Part shown: piece by piece, positions 54,837-64,000 of the stretch
Position numbering within the stretch: position 1 is the stretch's first letter
Layout of the letters: each line of letters begins with the position of its first letter
Assembly: GCA_903828805.1 (NCBI GenBank)
Contig: CAIKNO010000330.1
Location: 1,096-65,095 of the forward strand
DNA from: an uncultured Sandaracinus sp.
GTDB lineage: Bacteria > Myxococcota_A > Polyangia > Polyangiales > Sandaracinaceae
Direction: 5' to 3'
Length of the DNA: 64,000 nucleotides
The notes under the pieces: model-generated
What the model saw: the letters and a program-made list of their open reading frames with translations, nothing else
Told to the model about the DNA's origin: nothing
Databases searched by the model: none
Translations under genes and position numbers: made by a program

Positions 54837-56090
54837 ATGTCCGACGAGCTCGTCCGGCCCGGCCGCGCGTGGGCGGTCACCGCGGTCGCGACCGCCGCGA
54901 TGACGGTCAGCTACCTCGATCGTCAGGTGCTCGCCGTGCTCGCTCCGACGATCACCGCCGCGCTCTCGATCTCGGACGAGACCTACGGGTGGCTCGCCTC
55001 GGCGTTCTCGCTCGCCTATCTCTTCAGCGCGCCGTGGGCCGGACGCTGGCTGGAGGCCGTCGGGGTCCGGCGGGGGATGGTGATGGCGGTGGCGCTGTGG
55101 ACGCTCGTGTCCGCGGGCCACGCGCTCGTCCCGGGTGTGGGCGCGCTCTTCGCGTTGCGGCTGGCGCTGGGGTTCGCCGAGGCGCCGTCGTTCCCGGGCG
55201 CGTCGGCGGCCATCGCGCGCACCCAACCCCCCGCGACGCGGGCGCGGGCGCTCGGCATCCTCTTCACCGGCAGCTCGCTCGGCGCGATGGTGGCCCCTCC
55301 GCTCGCGACGGCGCTCGCCGGCACCGCGCTCGGTTGGAGGGGCACCTTCGCCGCGGTGGCCCTCGTCGGACTCGCGTGGGTGCCGGCGTGGCTCTGGATC
55401 ACCTCCGGGATCGAGGTGCGCCGACGGCTCGACGGCGACGCCAGCGCGACGCCCGCGAAGGCCGCATCGCTCCGCGACATGCTCGTGCATCCCGCCGTTC
55501 GCCGCGCGTGCGTGCTGGTGCTCGCGAGCGCGCCTGTCTTCGCGTACGGGCTCCTCTGGGGGAGCAAGCTGTTGACCGACGGGTTCGGCGTGGCCCCCAC
55601 CGACGTCGGCCGCTACCTGTGGGTGCCGCCGCTCGGCTTCGATGTGGGCGCCGTGGCCTTCGGCGCGCTCGCAGGGCGGCACACCGCCCGCACGGGGAAC
55701 GATCGTTCACCGCTCGGGCCGGTCCTCGTCGCGCTCGGCATGGGGCTCGGGCTCGGGCTGCTGCCGCTCTGCCGGACCCCCGACGCGGCGATGGCCGTCT
55801 GCGGCCTGGCGATGGCCGGGGCCGGCGGGCTCTTCGCGATGCTCACCGCCGAGATGATCGCCGGGGTCGGCCCCGCCCTGGCGGCCTCGGCCGGGGGATT
55901 CACCGCGGCCGCGCAGTCCCTGGCGTACATCGTCGCCAACCCGCTGATCGGGCGCAGCCTCGATCGGTTCCACGACCATGGCACGGTCGCGCTCGCGATC
56001 GCCGCGTGGCTCGTGCCCGGCGCCCTCGTCTGGCTCGGGACCCGACCCGACGCGACGCCGACCGATCGAGGGTCGACGAAGATCGGATAG
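54837..56090 (+). CDS. MFS transporter (ExuT/ACS-like)
   Basis: SYLDRQVLAVLAP, LRLALGFAEAPSFPG, multi-TM. Confidence 0.87.
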   Translation: MSDELVRPGRAWAVTAVATAAMTVSYLDRQVLAVLAPTITAALSISDETYGWLASAFSLAYLFSAPWAGRWLEAVGVRRGMVMAVALWTLVSAGHALVPGVGALFALRLALGFAEAPSFPGASAAIARTQPPATRARALGILFTGSSLGAMVAPPLATALAGTALGWRGTFAAVALVGLAWVPAWLWITSGIEVRRRLDGDASATPAKAASLRDMLVHPAVRRACVLVLASAPVFAYGLLWGSKLLTDGFGVAPTDVGRYLWVPPLGFDVGAVAFGALAGRHTARTGNDRSPLGPVLVALGMGLGLGLLPLCRTPDAAMAVCGLAMAGAGGLFAMLTAEMIAGVGPALAASAGGFTAAAQSLAYIVANPLIGRSLDRFHDHGTVALAIAAWLVPGALVWLGTRPDATPTDRGSTKIG

Positions 56091-57056
<966 letters not shown>

Positions 57057-57181
57057 CCGCGGCGGAGGGCGTTCCGGCACGAACGAGGAGGCCCTGCCCT
57101 CGGACTCCGAGGCGCAGGGCCGTGTGCGTCAGGTGCCGCGTGGAGCGGCCGCGGAGCGATGGGAGATCCGTTCGCAGACGC

Positions 57182-58252
57182 TCAGGCGGGGACCGCGGCG
57201 AGCATCTCGGGCCGCGTCACGTCGAGGCGCTGCACCCGGGACTGCAGCAGCGCGATGATCTGCTGCTCGCTCCGCGGCGTCTCTCCGAGGTCGACGAAGT
57301 GCGATGCGAGCGACTTCCAGTTCTTGGTCATCAGGAGGAACCAGACCTGGAAGAAGTCGATGCCCTCGAAGACGATCGCCTCGGCCGCGACGTACTTCGC
57401 GCGGTTCTGCAGCAGCTCGGCGGGGTGCTCGGTCCAGTGCCGGTTCGCCTGAAGGTGATGCGAGATGTGGTAGCCGTCGTTGAAGGCGCGGCGGTTGTAC
57501 CGGACGTTGATGCAGGTGATCGACGACTTGAGGCTGTTGCCCGGATCCGAACCGTCGATGAACGCGTGCTGGCCCCAGTTGCCGGCCATCATCAGGAAGC
57601 GGCACAGCAAGAACGGCACGATGAACACCGTCAGGGTCGGGGCCGGCGCGAACGCGAACCCCACCGCCACGAGCGCGTAGAACGAGAGCTCGCCCACCAG
57701 CAACCACAGCACGAGGCGCGCGCGCTTCTTGCCGAGCTGGTAGCCGCCGAGGCGGAACATCGCGAGGAAGAAGAAGTCCGACCAGTAGCGGAAGAAGTCG
57801 AGCGCCGAGTCGCGCTGGTACTTCATCGTCGAGCTCAGGTCGCGCGGCAGGTTGCCCTCCGCGTGGTGCATCGTGATGTGGTGGATGTAGTAGGTCTCCG
57901 GCGTCTCGCCGCAGAGCGGGCCGAGCACCCACGGAATGTAGAACTTCAGACCGTTGTACTGACGCTTGAACAGCGGCCGATGGCTCGTGTTGTGAAGCAT
58001 CAGGATGTAGCGATCGAAGAACACGCCGAAGAGGAGCGCCCAGTAGAGGGGCGCCATCCACCACCGAAAGTTGCCCGGCCAGAAGAGGAACGCGGCGGTC
58101 GGCAGCAGGACGAACGTCATCTGCAGCGTCAGCCACACGAAGGGCAGGTCGCGCGGATCCCGGATCAACGCGAGCGCGGCACGCTCGAGCGCGTTGTAGC
58201 TCGTCGGGGGGACGAAGACCGGGTCGGTGAGGTGCAGTTCGCGGGCTGTCAT
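57182..58252 (-). CDS. Fatty acid desaturase-family membrane diiron protein
   Basis: His boxes HNTSH, HHITMHH, GQH, HISHH plus TM segments. Confidence 0.85.
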   Translation of the reverse strand: MTARELHLTDPVFVPPTSYNALERAALALIRDPRDLPFVWLTLQMTFVLLPTAAFLFWPGNFRWWMAPLYWALLFGVFFDRYILMLHNTSHRPLFKRQYNGLKFYIPWVLGPLCGETPETYYIHHITMHHAEGNLPRDLSSTMKYQRDSALDFFRYWSDFFFLAMFRLGGYQLGKKRARLVLWLLVGELSFYALVAVGFAFAPAPTLTVFIVPFLLCRFLMMAGNWGQHAFIDGSDPGNSLKSSITCINVRYNRRAFNDGYHISHHLQANRHWTEHPAELLQNRAKYVAAEAIVFEGIDFFQVWFLLMTKNWKSLASHFVDLGETPRSEQQIIALLQSRVQRLDVTRPEMLAAVPA

Positions 58253-58483
58253 GGGGGTGTCCGGGGGCCACCATGCGGCGCGGGGACGCGCTCCGCAAAC
58301 CAGCCCCCGATGCCGTGCGAGAAAACTCAAGCTCCAAGGACGCGGGGCCGACGAGGGGCGGGGCCCGCGGGCCGGGCGGCGGCTCCCGAACGGGCCACCG
58401 GCGGCGGGCTCGCGGGGCGGGCGCAGCCACGGTCGTGCGGCCAGAACTTCGCGCGGAGGGGACCCGTCTGGTAGGACCCTCCC

Positions 58484-58714
58484 ATGCGCAGCTTGCTCCG
58501 CGCCGCGCTCTCGCTCGTCGGGCTCGCGGTCGTCCTCTACGTCTGGTTCTTCGTGCCGCTCGGCGCGCGCACGCTGCACGAGCACTCCTTGCGGATCGCG
58601 GCCACGGAGCCCGCGCGCGAGCTGGGTGACGAAGTGCACGAGGCGACCGAGCGGGCCGCCGAGCACGTGCAGGAGCAGTGGCAGGCCCGCTACGGCGACG
58701 CCGGGGTGCGCTGA
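58484..58714 (+). CDS. Small single-pass membrane hypothetical protein
   Basis: N-terminal TM, FFVPLG.RTL.EH..RI motif, GC3-rich codons, fills the gap between flanking genes. Confidence 0.6.
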   Translation: MRSLLRAALSLVGLAVVLYVWFFVPLGARTLHEHSLRIAATEPARELGDEVHEATERAAEHVQEQWQARYGDAGVR

Positions 58715-58778
58715 GACCGGGCGGGGCGGCCCGACGTGCCACGGGCCGGCGCGGAACCCGAGCGCCCGTCGACGCCGC

Positions 58779-59594
58779 TCACCCGGCGGCGGGCGGCAGT
58801 CCGAAGAAGTCCGCGATCCGGCGCGAGACCTCGTCCGGACGCTCGGTCGGGAAGTCGTGCCCCGCGCCGGGGAGGACCTCGAGCCGCGCCCCGGGGATGC
58901 GCTCGGCCAGCAGCACGCTGTTGCCCATCGGGAGCAGCCGATCGGCGTCGCCCGTCAGCACCAGCGTCGGGGACGCGATGCGGTGCACGTCTCGGCTCAC
59001 GTCGTGCAGCCCGCCCGCGAGCATCTGACCGAGCAGCGCGAGGCGGTTTCGCGGCTCGGACGCGGCCAGCGCCACCCACTCGTCGACGATCGAGGGACGA
59101 GACGCCAGGACGTCGGGCGCGAGGACCCACGGGGCCGTGTGCCGCATCTGATCTTCGACCGACATGCGCGCCGTCCGGAGCATCGCGAGCACCGCCGGGA
59201 TCGAGGCCCGCTGGGCGTGACGGCCCCCCATCGTCGTCGCCGCGAGCACGAGCCGGTCGACCCGCGAAGGGTGCCTCAGCGCCAGCTGCTGCGCGACCAT
59301 CCCCCCGAGCGAGATGCCGAACACGTGGGCGCGCTGCACCCCCGACGCCTCGAGCACGGCGGCCACGTCGTCGGCCATGTCCGCGGTGCCGAAGCCTGGC
59401 CCGGGGGCGTCGCTGCGACCGACGCCGCGGTTGTCCATCACGAGCACCCGCGCACGCCGCTCGAGGTGCGGCCGGAGGTCGTACCAGTATCGGCTCGAGC
59501 GCGAGAGACCGCGGATCAGCAGGACCGACGGGGCGTCCTCGCGGCCCGAGAGCTCGTAATAGAAGCGAAGCCCGCGGTGCACGGCGTGCGGCAT
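58779..59594 (-). CDS. Alpha/beta hydrolase (enol-lactonase/PHA-depolymerase-like)
   Basis: DNRGVGRS, GISLGGM, GDADRL, GAGH. Confidence 0.9.
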   Translation of the reverse strand: MPHAVHRGLRFYYELSGREDAPSVLLIRGLSRSSRYWYDLRPHLERRARVLVMDNRGVGRSDAPGPGFGTADMADDVAAVLEASGVQRAHVFGISLGGMVAQQLALRHPSRVDRLVLAATTMGGRHAQRASIPAVLAMLRTARMSVEDQMRHTAPWVLAPDVLASRPSIVDEWVALAASEPRNRLALLGQMLAGGLHDVSRDVHRIASPTLVLTGDADRLLPMGNSVLLAERIPGARLEVLPGAGHDFPTERPDEVSRRIADFFGLPPAAG

Positions 59595-59677
59595 GGCGGC
59601 AACGTATCGCGAACCACCCTCCGCGACGAACCGTTTGCGCCGGCGCGCAGCGCGCGCGTGCTAGACCGGAGCCCTCC

Positions 59678-62600
59678 ATGGCGAAGCGAACCAAGGGCGC
59701 GGCGGGCGGCGCCGGGCATGTCGACGCAGAGACCACGCGGCGCGGACGCGGAGCTGCGGGCGAGGACAAGCCCGCCGCGGGCATCGCGCGCGCGCCCGAG
59801 ACCCTCGAGATCGTCGGGGCCCGCGAGCACAACCTCGACATCGAGCGCCTCTCGATCCCGAAGAACGCCCTCGTCGTGCTCACGGGGCCGAGCGGCTCGG
59901 GCAAGTCGTCGCTCGCGTTCGACACCGTCTACGCGGAGGGCCAGCGCCGGTACGTGGAGTCGCTGTCGTCGTACGCACGGCAGTTCCTCGGCCGCCTCGA
60001 GCGGCCCGCCGTCGAGCGGCTCGAGGGCCTCTCGCCGACCATCGCCATCGAACAGAAGAGCGCCACCGGCAACCCCCGCTCGACCGTCGGGACGATCACC
60101 GAGATCCACGACTACCTCCGGGTCCTCTGGGCGCGCGCCGGGACCCAGCACTGCATCGTGTGCGGCGAGGAAGTCCGCGGGCGCAGCCTCGATGAGATCG
60201 TGGCCGACGTGCTCGCCCTGCCTGCGGGCACGCGCTTTCTCGTGCTCGCACCGCTCGTGTCCCAGCGGAAGGGGGAATTCCGCGAGGTCTTCACCGAGCT
60301 CGCGGGGCGCGGCTTCGCGCGGGTCCGCCTCGACGGCGCCGTGCATCGGCTCGATGCCCTTCCGACCATCGACAAGAAGAAAAAGCACGACCTCGACCTC
60401 GTCGTCGATCGCCTGAGCTGCGCCGTGTCCGATCGCGCCCGCATCGCAGACGCCATCGAGCTCGCGCTCCGCGAGGGCCAGGGCGAGGTGAAGGTCGAGC
60501 CCGAAGGCGGCGCGCGGCCGATGCGCTTCGGCACGTCCCGCAGCTGCTGTGGCCGGGCCTACCCCGAGCTCGCACCCACCTCGTTCTCGTTCAACTCGCC
60601 GCTCGGGATGTGTCCGGATTGCAATGGCCTGGGCACATGCACCGAGATCGATCCGAGCCTCGTCGTGCCCGACCCGAGCCTCTCGATCCGACAGGGCGCC
60701 ATCGCGCCGTGGAAGACCTCGATGGAGCGCGGCGAGGGCTGGACGTTCCGGATCGTCGAGGCGATGGCCGAGGCCACCGGGGTCGACCTGGACGCCCCCT
60801 TCGAGTCGCTCTCCTCGACCCTCCAGGGCCAGGTACTGCACGGGCTCGAGGGCAAGAAGATCCGCGTGAACTGGGGCGAGGAAGGCACGGAGTCCCACGG
60901 CAGCTGGGGGGTCCGCTTCCAGGGCGTCATCCCGACCTTGATGCGCCGTTACCGGGACACGACGAGCGAGCGGATGCGCGAGCAGCACCGGCGCTACCTC
61001 CGCGAGGTCCCCTGCGAAGGCTGCGGCGGCAGTCGGCTCCGCGCCGAGTCGCGGGCGGTCCGCGTCTCGGGCCGCGGCCTCGACGCGGTCGGGCGCGCGA
61101 CGGTCCACGACACGGCGGCGTGGTTCCGCGACGGGCTCGCGCTGAGCCCGCAGGCCCGGCACATCGCCGAGGGCGTGCTCCGAGAGATCGAGAGCCGCCT
61201 CGGGTTCCTCGTCGATGTCGGGCTCGGCTACCTCACGCTCGATCGCGCAGGCCCCTCGCTCTCGGGCGGAGAGGCGCAGCGGATCCGGCTCGTGTCGCAG
61301 CTGGGCAGCGAGCTGTCGGGCGTGATCTACGTGCTCGACGAGCCGTCGATCGGCCTTCACCCGCGGGACAACGAGCGGCTCCTCGGCACGCTCCGCCACC
61401 TCCGGGACCTGGGCAATTCCGTGCTGGTGGTGGAGCACGACGCCGAGACGATCCTCGCCGCCGACCACGTGATCGACTTCGGCCCCGGGGCCGGCCGCCT
61501 CGGAGGCAAGGTCGTGTTCGAAGGCCCCCCCTCGGCCCTCGCGGGCGCGACGGGCAGCCTCACGGCCGACCACATGAGCGGGCGCCGCTCGATCGCGGTG
61601 CCGTCGAGCCGACGCACCCCCTCGGGGCACCTGACGATCCGCGGCGCCCGCGAGCACAACCTCAAGAACGTCGACGTCCGCGTGCCGCTCGGCTGCTTCG
61701 TCGCGATCACCGGACCGAGCGGCGCGGGCAAGAGTTCGCTCGTCGACGGGATCCTCCTGCCGGCGCTGGCCCGGGCCCTTCATGGCGCGAGCGAGCCCGT
61801 CGGTGCCCACCGCACGATCGAGGGCCTCGCCGGCATCGACAAGGTCATCGCGATCGATCAGCGACCGATCGGACGCACGCCACGGAGCAACGCCGGCACG
61901 TACACCAAGGCGTTCGACGAGATCCGCACGATCTTCGCGGCGCTTCCCGATGCCCGGGCCCGCGGCTGGGACGCCGCCCGCTTCTCGTTCAACGTGAAGG
62001 GCGGGCGCTGCGAGAGCTGCCAGGGGGACGGCCTGGTGAAGGTCGAGATGCACTTCCTCTCCGACGTCTACGTCACGTGCGAGGTGTGCGGGGGGCGGCG
62101 CTACGACGCCGAGACCCTGAGCATCCGCTACAAGGGCAAGAACATCGGGGACGTGCTCGAGACGAGCATCGCGGAGTGCCTGGAGCTCTTCGGAAGCCAT
62201 CCGTCCCTCGCGCGCATCCTGCGGACGCTCTGCGACGTCGGCCTCGGCTACGCGCACCTCGGTCAGCCGGCCCCGACGCTGAGTGGAGGCGAAGCGCAAC
62301 GCGTGAAGCTCGCCCGCGAGCTCGCCCGCACACAGACCGGCCGGACCCTCTACCTGCTCGACGAGCCCACGACCGGGCTGCACTTCGAGGACGTGCGACA
62401 GCTCCTCGGCGTGCTCGAGCGCCTCGTCGAGGGCGGCAACACGGTCGTCGTGGTCGAGCACCACCTCGACGTCATCAAGTGCGCCGACCACGTGATCGAC
62501 CTCGGGCCGGAGGGCGGAGACGCCGGCGGACACGTCGTGGCGACGGGGACCCCGGAGGCCCTCTGCGCCAACCCCGAGAGCATCACGGGACCGTGGCTCG

Positions 62601-62704
62601 CGCCGCTGCTTGAGGGTCCGCGAAGGGCCGAAAGCGTCCCGGAACGAGCGGCCCTCAAGCGGGGCCCGAAGCGCGGCGTTCGCCCATCGAAACAAGCGTT
62701 CTGA
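59678..62704 (+). CDS. uvrA: Excinuclease ABC subunit A
   Basis: GAREHNL, GPSGSGKSSLAFDT, LSGGEAQRI, LDEPSIGLH, second ABC cassette GPSGAGKSS...LSGGEAQRVKL, zinc fingers. Confidence 0.97.
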   Translation: MAKRTKGAAGGAGHVDAETTRRGRGAAGEDKPAAGIARAPETLEIVGAREHNLDIERLSIPKNALVVLTGPSGSGKSSLAFDTVYAEGQRRYVESLSSYARQFLGRLERPAVERLEGLSPTIAIEQKSATGNPRSTVGTITEIHDYLRVLWARAGTQHCIVCGEEVRGRSLDEIVADVLALPAGTRFLVLAPLVSQRKGEFREVFTELAGRGFARVRLDGAVHRLDALPTIDKKKKHDLDLVVDRLSCAVSDRARIADAIELALREGQGEVKVEPEGGARPMRFGTSRSCCGRAYPELAPTSFSFNSPLGMCPDCNGLGTCTEIDPSLVVPDPSLSIRQGAIAPWKTSMERGEGWTFRIVEAMAEATGVDLDAPFESLSSTLQGQVLHGLEGKKIRVNWGEEGTESHGSWGVRFQGVIPTLMRRYRDTTSERMREQHRRYLREVPCEGCGGSRLRAESRAVRVSGRGLDAVGRATVHDTAAWFRDGLALSPQARHIAEGVLREIESRLGFLVDVGLGYLTLDRAGPSLSGGEAQRIRLVSQLGSELSGVIYVLDEPSIGLHPRDNERLLGTLRHLRDLGNSVLVVEHDAETILAADHVIDFGPGAGRLGGKVVFEGPPSALAGATGSLTADHMSGRRSIAVPSSRRTPSGHLTIRGAREHNLKNVDVRVPLGCFVAITGPSGAGKSSLVDGILLPALARALHGASEPVGAHRTIEGLAGIDKVIAIDQRPIGRTPRSNAGTYTKAFDEIRTIFAALPDARARGWDAARFSFNVKGGRCESCQGDGLVKVEMHFLSDVYVTCEVCGGRRYDAETLSIRYKGKNIGDVLETSIAECLELFGSHPSLARILRTLCDVGLGYAHLGQPAPTLSGGEAQRVKLARELARTQTGRTLYLLDEPTTGLHFEDVRQLLGVLERLVEGGNTVVVVEHHLDVIKCADHVIDLGPEGGDAGGHVVATGTPEALCANPESITGPWLAPLLEGPRRAESVPERAALKRGPKRGVRPSKQAF

Positions 62705-62743
62705 GGCCCTCGGCGCGGGCCTCGCCGGGGCCTACGTGTCACG

Positions 62744-64000
62744 GTGGAACCCGTGGCACGCGCACGCAGCACCTCCCAATCCACCCCTCGATCGAAGGCC
62801 GCCAAGGCGAAGGCCGCGACCGGAGACGCGTCGCTCGCGCCCGGCGCTGCGGTGGGGGTCGACGACGCGGCGTTGGTGCCCCCCGAACGACGCGGCTGAG
62901 GGCGCATCCCCGACCGACGTCGCCGCGCTTCCGGCGCAGGCGGAGGCCGCCCCGAAGGAGGCCCCGACGACCCCCGATCCGGGCCTCCTCACCCGCGCGA
63001 GGACCACGCCGCTGACCCGCGACGGGGTCGAGACCCTCGCGAAGTCCGCGTCCCCGGAGGCCCTCGAGGCGACGCTCTCGCTCGCCCTCGAGCAGCGGGA
63101 CCTGAAAGCGGCGACCGTGCTCGCCTTCGGAGTCGCGGCGGCGGGCACGCCGATCGACCCCGACCACGTCGCGCTGCTGCTCGCCGATCTCGATCCACGG
63201 GAGCGCGTGCCCGCCCTCCTGCGCGCGTGCCGCGGCGACGGCCTCGAGGTCATGCGGCGTGCGCTCGAGCTCGGACAGCTCAGCCACGATCGGGAGGCCG
63301 TCGTCGCCTTCGTGGCGTCGCGACAGCTCGGCGAACCGCCGTGGCCGAGCCCGTGGCCGGGCCTCCTTCGGAGCATCGCGCGCCACCCGCTCGGCGCCGA
63401 CGCGAGCGTGCTGCTGGGCAGCGCGATCCTGCGCTCGGGGGACCCGCACGCGCGGGAGATCGGAGCGACCGCCGTCGAGGCCGCCGAGGAGAGCCATGCG
63501 GGGGCCACGGTCGCGCGGTGGCTCGAGGGGTGGGAGCGGCCCCTCCTCGACGCCCTGCCGGACACCGAACCGCCGCGGGTCGTGACCGGCTACACGGTGC
63601 GGAAGGCGATCGCACGCCCCGGGCGCAACGACCTCTGTCACTGCGGCAGCGGCAAGAAATACAAGCGCTGCCACGCCCCGCTCGACGACGCCGAAGAGCG
63701 CACTGCCGAGGCGCCCCACGTCGACCTCACGAAGCTGAGCGCGACGGACGTCGAAGGGATGCGCATCCAGGAAGTGCTCGGGCTGCCCCTCGACCGGCTG
63801 CAACGGCCGGCCCTCCTCGCGGCGACCCGCCAGCTCCGCGCCTATCACCGCTGGACGGACACCGAGCGTGCCCTCGAGGTCCTCGCCGCACAGACCGAGG
63901 GCGAGGCCGGGTTCCTCGAGGTCGACGAGCTGCGGGTGGACCTCATCGAGGAGGCCCTGCGGATGGCGGTCGTCGACGTGGTCGACCGTCAGCTCGCGCA
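62744..64000 (+). CDS. SEC-C motif protein, runs off the window; apparent frameshift near 62880
   Basis: Not in the ORF track. PGRNDLCHCGSGKKYKRCH at about 63618-63674, frame open to 64000. The coding-like N-terminus (62744-62881) lies in a different frame. Confidence 0.75.

Noticed and set aside
62704..62733. GC hairpin after the uvrA stop
   Set aside because: No U-tract, so I cannot support it as an intrinsic terminator.
62754..62770. TGGCACG as another sigma54 promoter (also at about 40034)
   Set aside because: The GC dinucleotide is not at the required GG-N10-GC spacing, and both sites lie in coding sequence.

Overview
A very GC-rich, gene-dense 64 kb chromosomal segment with about 50 genes. 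Gene content suggests a myxobacterium (Myxococcota, probably Polyangiales/Sandaracinaceae-like): TonB-fused TBDT, Hanks-type Ser/Thr kinase, DUF4388/HDOD signalling proteins, many lipoproteins and a MYXO-CTERM-like tail. Recognisable housekeeping genes are fbp, ahpC/ahpF, dapF, a NupC-family transporter, a FadD-like ligase, a Grx4 fusion, nadE, pip and uvrA. I found no rRNA, tRNA, CRISPR array, transposase or integrase. Most long ORFs in the track are GC-rich antisense shadows, so I reassigned many starts using RBS, GTGA/ATGA overlaps and signal peptides. Best candidates for undescribed biology: (i) an ~11 kb cell-envelope locus (33.5-44.3 kb) with six c-type heme motifs in five exported proteins, a DUF1549/1585-like protein, a Tat-exported DUF1501-like protein, a split DUF3570/DUF4266 pair and a sigma54-type promoter; (ii) a candidate ~55 nt sigma54-driven hairpin sRNA with a C8 loop, terminator and enhancer-like palindrome at 9.1-9.3 kb; (iii) a TPAT (TatT/DctP/DctQM) transporter with three Cys-bracketed C-terminal repeats, linked to a GMC oxidoreductase; (iv) a PAP2 protein that has lost both catalytic histidines. 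All family assignments come from motif recognition by eye, not database searches.
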